From positions 60,388,001 to 60,452,000 of the forward strand of contig OX597832.1 of assembly GCA_951406725.2 (NCBI GenBank): a stretch of 64,000 bases of DNA, given 5' to 3'. The stretch is from Octopus vulgaris (taxonomy: Eukaryota). Below are positions 57,504 to 64,000 of this stretch, piece after piece (positions within the stretch are counted from its first letter, which is position 1; each line of letters begins with the position of its first letter). The translations under genes were made by a program, and so were the position numbers. The notes under the pieces are model-generated. The model saw only the letters and a list, made by a program, of their open reading frames with translations. It had not been told where the DNA came from and ran no database searches.

Positions 57504-60500
57504 TAGAGAGGGGGAGAGAGAGTAGGAAGAATAAAGGTAAGGAGGAAAAGAGAGAATAAAAGGGGTGAGAAGGGATAGAATGGTATAAAGAAAAAATGTA
57601 TTAAGGAAACAAAAAAAAGGAATACTTTTCATTTACTTTCTTTTTTAATTAGGTTTTTTTGTCTTTTATTATTTAAAAAAAACAATATATTTCCATGGAT
57701 AAAGGAGGGAAAGAAACTGGTAGGTTTGCAAAATCTGTACAGTTTTAGTGCACAGCTGTCACCCAGTGTATGTGTGTGTGCATGTGTGTATGTGTGTGTG
57801 TGTGAGTGCATGCACATACATGCATATATCTATATATATATGTAATTTGAGGATTTTAATTATCCATCAGATATAATAAATTTATATGTCCAATAAAAAA
57901 CAAAATTTTAAATAATTAAAAATAAAGTTTTTTGAGATGAAAGTGGGGTGGGGAAGATTAATTTAGGCCTGGGATAGGAAGAGATTAGAGTTGTGTCTGT
58001 GTTTTCCCTACAGCCTTTTACAACAGTTATTCATTATTATTATTATTACTATTATCATTATTATTATTATAATTACTGTTTTTGATTTTTTAATTTTTCA
58101 AATTTATTTTTTTTTTACAAACAAGAGACTGGAGAGTGATAAAGGTATTGCCATCACATTTCACCTGCTGGCAACTCCCAAGTACCATTATATATATATA
58201 TATATATATACATGTGTATATATGTATATATACATATGTCTATTTATTTATGGATGGCTAAAATAGTAACTTTACAGAATACACAAGATAAAGAACAAGA
58301 GCCAGAACAATAACAACAATGACAACAACAACAACAACAAAAAGATTGTAAAACAAAAGAAGAAAAACAGCAACTAAATTGTTTTTTTCTTTCAAGTTTT
58401 CAAAGAGTGAGTACATTTTCTCATTTAAAAGTACATCTTATGTTTCCATTGCTCACAATGGCTCAAAGTCCACAGGTTTGAAACTGATTCAGTTGGTTAG
58501 AGGCAACCCAGTGAGTAACTTGGTACAGTTTTTTTAAAATCAACCACTGAACATATATGTAAAGCAAATTTATTCCAACCATGATTTGAACTCATGCAGA
58601 ATGCCACCAGAGAAGAGAGACGAAAAAATAAAATACATTAAGGCATTTTATTAAGTCCTTCAGTCCACTGGCTCTGCTAGTCCATCATTTTACTTTCATC
58701 ACATATGATGATGATGATGATGATGATGAGGCTGAAGTGAGGGATGGGTGGGAAATTAAAGGATTTATGGAGAAAAGAAAGTTAGTCTAATGGAGACTAT
58801 TGTGATGATGGTGGTGGTAGGTGTAGTGGTAAAAATACTTCTTTGAGCTCTCAAGATCAAGTTTTTATTGAGAGCCAACAACTTCAACGGTGGGGACTGT
58901 GGAGTCATGACCTGAAAATCAAATTAACCAGCTTCTCCAGACAAATATTCTAATTTAAAACAGATTTTTTTTTCTGAACCAATGTTAGTGGTTGGTTGTA
59001 TCAATCAAGAGCATGTGTAACTTTATGGATACATACTCTTATGTCCACACACATATATGTGTGTTTTCTATGGAGATTTAAGTTCTTTGCAGAATTGAAG
59101 CTGGTTAGTGTCAAAGTGTTTAAGTCAAGACAACTTAGGGAATTGGTGAATGTGTGTGTCAGTGTCTCCATATACATATGTATCAATATACTCACAGTTG
59201 TGTAACGAATGCATGTTCATTTTAGTATACTCGTGTGTATTTTGATTCCTCTTTATGTAAAGTGCTTTTGTATGTCATATGTACATGTGATTGTGAGCAT
59301 ATGTTCATTCTGAGAAACTCAATTGAAGAATTTCTAGAATGTTTTAGAATTCTTCACTGTATCATGAAATCAATTGGGTTTGGAGGATGTACATACATTA
59401 TGCATGTATGTAGTTTTGTATGTGTGTAGACATACATACTTAAGAGCTACCAATACATGACTTGATAAATAAGATGATAGGGCTATCATCTTTAAACATC
59501 ACTGGTTTGCACCTTGGTCATGTCACCATGCCAATGGGCAAGGTATATAACACTGCATGAACTGTCACACAGACCAAACTTGTAAGAAAATAGTTACCAC
59601 AGAATAAGGTAGAAACAGACAGCTTTAAGTAGTGGTAGCATTGTGTAACAGAGGAGTGTTTCACATATTTGTAAAGTTGACTTAAAAAACTCATTCCTAG
59701 GGGTAGAGTGCAGCTTGGACAGTGAAGCAACTCTGGTAAATTCACTAGCCCTAGATACATACAAAAACATGACAAAAAGAAGTCTTCAGCAGTGTTCCAA
59801 TGATATATAACTCACTATATGTAATTAACAGGGACGAGTTAAATATGGATAATGAAAGACATCTGCTACAACTGGTGGTCAGGTTAACCTACAACTTATA
59901 GGGTTCCTTCATTGGCTCTAGTTATCCCCATTATTGGGGTATTTTTCTTTGTGGCATTTTGTTTTTGTTTTGTTATTTCCCATTTACACCATTTAGTTTT
60001 ACAAGTTCTAATGTAAACCCTCAGTGTTGTGCCCTTTCCTTCGTATTGTCCTGTTTTCGATCCTTTATGGGTAATGAGCTATTGTTATAACAGTCAGAAT
60101 GAATTGCCTATATTCTCCCCTAAAAGTATGTAAGTCTGTGCCTAAGTTAGAAATCATTAGACCTACTGTCACTAACCAAATAATCATGTGTGTGAAAATT
60201 GCACACACACACACACACAGAGCAGAATTCTGAATTGAGAAGAATGCATCTCAAATATACAAACCACAAACTCACACAATCAGTGACATCATTGTAATTG
60301 TTCATTTATAACCTACATCCCTCTATGTAACAAAAAAAAAAAAACCATCCACAGAGACACACACTTGTGGACACTCATATATATATACACATATGATTGC
60401 AATCAGTTACAACTGGTGTTAAACAATGAATGAAATAACATAAATATCATAATTTAAGAAATGAAAACCTGGATAGTTTTAAAGAAAATGTACTTTATAA

Positions 60501-62314
60501 CAAATATACACAATCAACCCAAGAAAATATATACTTAGGTTCATATATAAATATGTGTGTGTAGAGAGAGAAAGAGAGAGAGGAGAGAGATTTTTCTATT
60601 AAAGAATTTTTGTATGTGAAATTTGATAAATTAAAAACAAATTTATTTATTTCTGTTTTCTTTTGCTTAATTTGCTGTTGTGTGAAACACATGTTTTACA
60701 GTTATTGAACATAAAAAAAATGGACTCTTCAATAATTTAGCATGCATTACATGTGAGTATGTGTGTGTGTGCATATGTTTGCAAACAACTGTGTAAATGT
60801 ATGGCTGTCTTAGAACTTGGACAAGGAATCTTTTTTTTGTGTGTGTGTGTAGTGAGAAGAAATTAAGATAGAGTTTGTATTCTGGAAAAGAAGTTGGAAG
60901 GAGCAGCAAAGGGTCAGAGGTATGAGAACAAAATCCTGGAGATGAATAAACAAAAGATCATAATTATTTTCTTATATAGGCACAGGACCATAATCTGAAG
61001 AAGTGGAGGCCCGGTACTTGACTTACATTTAAGTGATCTTGAGGAGGATCACATGGCCAAGTTGACATCGGCAGCATTTTAAGTAAGAATTTAAGAAGCC
61101 AGAAACAAATAGCACTGCTTTAATGATTCTGGCAATCCACGAATGCGGAAAGCCTCAAATTTTGGGGGGCTTATGGACAAACCTTCTTAACTTCATCATG
61201 ACAAGGTACTCTATTTTACCAAATCCAAAAGGAAGAAAGGCTAAAATCGACCACAGTAGCAGGATCTGAACTCAGAATGAGGAGGAGAAACAACAACTAA
61301 CTACTTATACTAAGAATAATAATAATAGTGAAAACAACCTAAATTTGAACAAAATTTAATCTTTTATTTAAAAAAAAATGTACTCAAACTTATAACTATT
61401 TAAGTTCAAGAAGTTTACAGATATCAGATGTTAGGATTAAGTTTCACTAAATTCACATTTTCTCTTAATAAACAAACCTAATTTTAACTATGCATATACA
61501 CATATACGAGTGTGAGTGTGTGTGTGTCTATATACATACATACACAATATATATATATTGAGTGGGTAGCTTTCAATTCTACGAAGCTCTGATGCAATTC
61601 CATTCATTTCACTAAGTCACTGAAACCTACTGCCCCCACCCCATCTACTGACTATGATCCAGTCAACTATCCAATAACTCACTGCCATTGACCAGCTACA
61701 ATGTTTTTCATTTTTAACTGCTCCAATGCACCAACTAAACCCCAAACATCAACAACAACAACCTTCGTAGACGGAAATAGATATTGTGTGTGTGTGTGGA
61801 TATATGCATGTGCCCATGCCTTTGTGTAAGTGTGGGTATGTATGATGAACATGTGTATATAAATATATATTTATACACGCATACATATATTTAGATAGAT
61901 ATATATGTACATTGCACACACAAATACGCAACCAAACATAAAAATCTTTACAAGTCTGTGTGCATGTGCATAACCGGGCGCACTTTTGTATATCTTATTT
62001 CTGTGCAAATGTACATGTGTGTGTGTGTGTGTGTGTGAGGGAGGGAGAGAGTAATTGAACTTGACAGGCAGGGGTATGCATGTATGTGTTTGTGTGTATA
62101 AATTCAAATAGCATAAGAAATAAGTACAACCCACCAGCACTACCATCATCATCATCAATATCACCAACACCTCCTTCATCATAATCATCATCATCATCAC
62201 TACCACCATCATCATCATCATCATGGTGGATTGAATGAGAAAAAAAATGTCAGGGCTTTAATATTTATTTTTTCTCCTAATTTTTTTTTTCAAGTTTTGT
62301 TTGGGGTGTTGGAG

Positions 62315-62389
<75 letters not shown>

Positions 62390-63152
62390 TCACACACACA
62401 TACACATATTTTGTTCAGTTTTTTTTTTCTTTCTTTTTTAACTTCATCTTCTTTTTTCATCATCTTCTATCAGTTCCTTTAAATGATTGGCCGGATAAAA
62501 AGATATCATTATCATCATCATTAATACGAATTGTTGCCGTTGTTGTTCTTGTAGTAGTAGTAGTAGTAGTAGTAGTAGTAATAGTAGTTGCTGTAGTAGC
62601 AGTAGTAGTAGTAGTAGTAGGCTATGTTGTAGTACTCATCCCACCCGCCCCACCCTGTCAGTCATGTAAGACTATTATTAGTACTACTATTACTACTACT
62701 ACTACTACTAACTTCTATTACTGCTACTACTGCAACTATTAGTACTGCTACATTGATTGAGCCTATTTCTTTTTTTCTTTTTTTTTTTCTTAATCCCCAT
62801 TTCACATAGACAGACATGTAGATAGATAAATTGATAGATACTTAGATAGATAGACAGATAGAAAGATAGAGAATGAGAAAGTAAGAGAGTCTAGAATGAT
62901 CAGTGTAGGCTCCCCACTAAAAATAATAATAATAATAGTAATAATAATAATAATAATCTTGTAGTGATGCAATAAAACAAAGACGACAATAACAACAACA
63001 CTGTCCACCGAAGTAATAACAGTAAGAGTAGTAGTAGTAGTAGTTGTAGTTGTAATAGTGGTTGTAGATGTAGTTGTAATAGAAGTAGTAGAAAGTTGCT
63101 GTAGTAGTAGTAGTAGTAGTAGTAGGTCGGCTGCTGCTGCTGCTGCTGCTTC

Positions 63153-63289
63153 TCAAGTGGTCAAGTTGGGAGCAGCAAGGGCTGATAATATAACAGGGAT
63201 GTGATAGTATTTGCACAGGTGTCTTCGGCACTTCCCCTTAACTGAATCACGGCACACAGTCACCTTGCCCTCCGTCACTTCAACATAAT
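63153..63289 (-). CDS. mbl: Muscleblind/MBNL-family terminal coding exon encoding a CCCH zinc finger (ZnF4-like, second finger of the second tandem pair)
   Basis: The minus strand reads ttttttttcactttcag|AT TAT GTT GAA..., a strong acceptor in phase 1. It translates to xYVEVTEGKVTVCRDSVKGKCRRHLCKYYHIPVILSALAAPNLTT* (TGA at 63153-63155). The C-X7-C-X4-C-X3-H spacing and the VTVC..KGKC..CKYYH context match MBNL ZnF2/ZnF4. Upstream exons lie beyond the window end. Confidence 0.92.
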
Positions 63290-63665
63290 CTGAAAGTGAA
63301 AAAAAAAAAACGAAAAATAGAAAAAGAAGATAAAAATAAAAATTAATGAAAATAAAGGTAATAAAAACAATGAAGAATTATCATCATTGTCATTTTAATG
63401 TCTGCTTTTCCATGCTCACCTAGTTTGGATGGAATTTGCTGCGGCAAATTTTCCACAACCAGATGACCTTCCTGTTGCCAACCCTCACCTTGTTTCCAAG
63501 TAAGGTAATATTTCCTCATGACCAGATATGTCGTGGTGTGCAGGAAACAAAGAACACTATTTGTGTAATCTTCTGGCTTACAACTGTCATACATTGTCAA
63601 AGCAAAGAGACAAGCATGCATGCATGCACACATGTATGTACACGACAGGCTTCTTTCAGTTTACA

Positions 63666-63996
63666 CAAGTGATTCCCAACTGGGGCCCTTTTAAGAATTG
63701 TGGGGTCCATGCAATAAAATAGTAAATTGGGGATCCACATTAGTATTTTAAGAACCCCTAAAAAATTTTCCTTTAGATATATGTATTAGTCTGTATTGCA
63801 AGAAACAACTGGGTTTCTTTCTCTAACATTTTACATAGTTCAACCTACACAAGTTAATGTGTGAAATACAAAATAAAAATTTTGAAAGAATTTTCTATTA
63901 AACTAGTTTTTAAACATTGAATAACTATGGGGGTTTCACCAGAATAAAATAGTAATCAAAGGGGTCCATAGGTAAAAAATGCTTGAGAGCCCTTTG
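63666..63996. mobile_element. hAT/Charlie-type non-autonomous element in a muscleblind intron
   Basis: Termini CAAGTGATTCCCAAC and GCTTGAGAGCCCTTTG, with repeated subterminal GGGGTCCA motifs. Confidence 0.65.
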
Positions 63997-64000
63997 GTTT

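Overview
This is AT-rich eukaryotic DNA, dense in microsatellites and SINEs. The repeat families point to a coleoid cephalopod, most likely Octopus. Almost all ORFs in the supplied track are microsatellite artefacts. The one confidently identifiable gene is missing from the ORF track: a minus-strand, stop-containing exon at 63153-63289 encoding a CX7CX4CX3H zinc finger of Muscleblind/MBNL (ZnF4-like). Further downstream on the same strand lie several small, phase-compatible candidate alternative 3' exons (53.5, 52.4, 49.8 and 49.4 kb) and a long, repeat-poor, UTR-like region. Clusters of YGCY (MBNL-binding) motifs there suggest autoregulation. A convergent plus-strand gene of unknown identity may end in the first 14 kb (candidate exons at 4.2, 7.7 and 13.0 kb). 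The rest is tRNA-derived SINEs (including a head-to-tail array of four), RTE and RLE-type LINE relics, a Helentron-like HINE, hAT and TTAA MITEs, long palindromic elements and a CpG-depletion transition near 20 kb. No genuine tRNA, rRNA or CRISPR array was seen. All exon calls are by eye and untested against transcripts.
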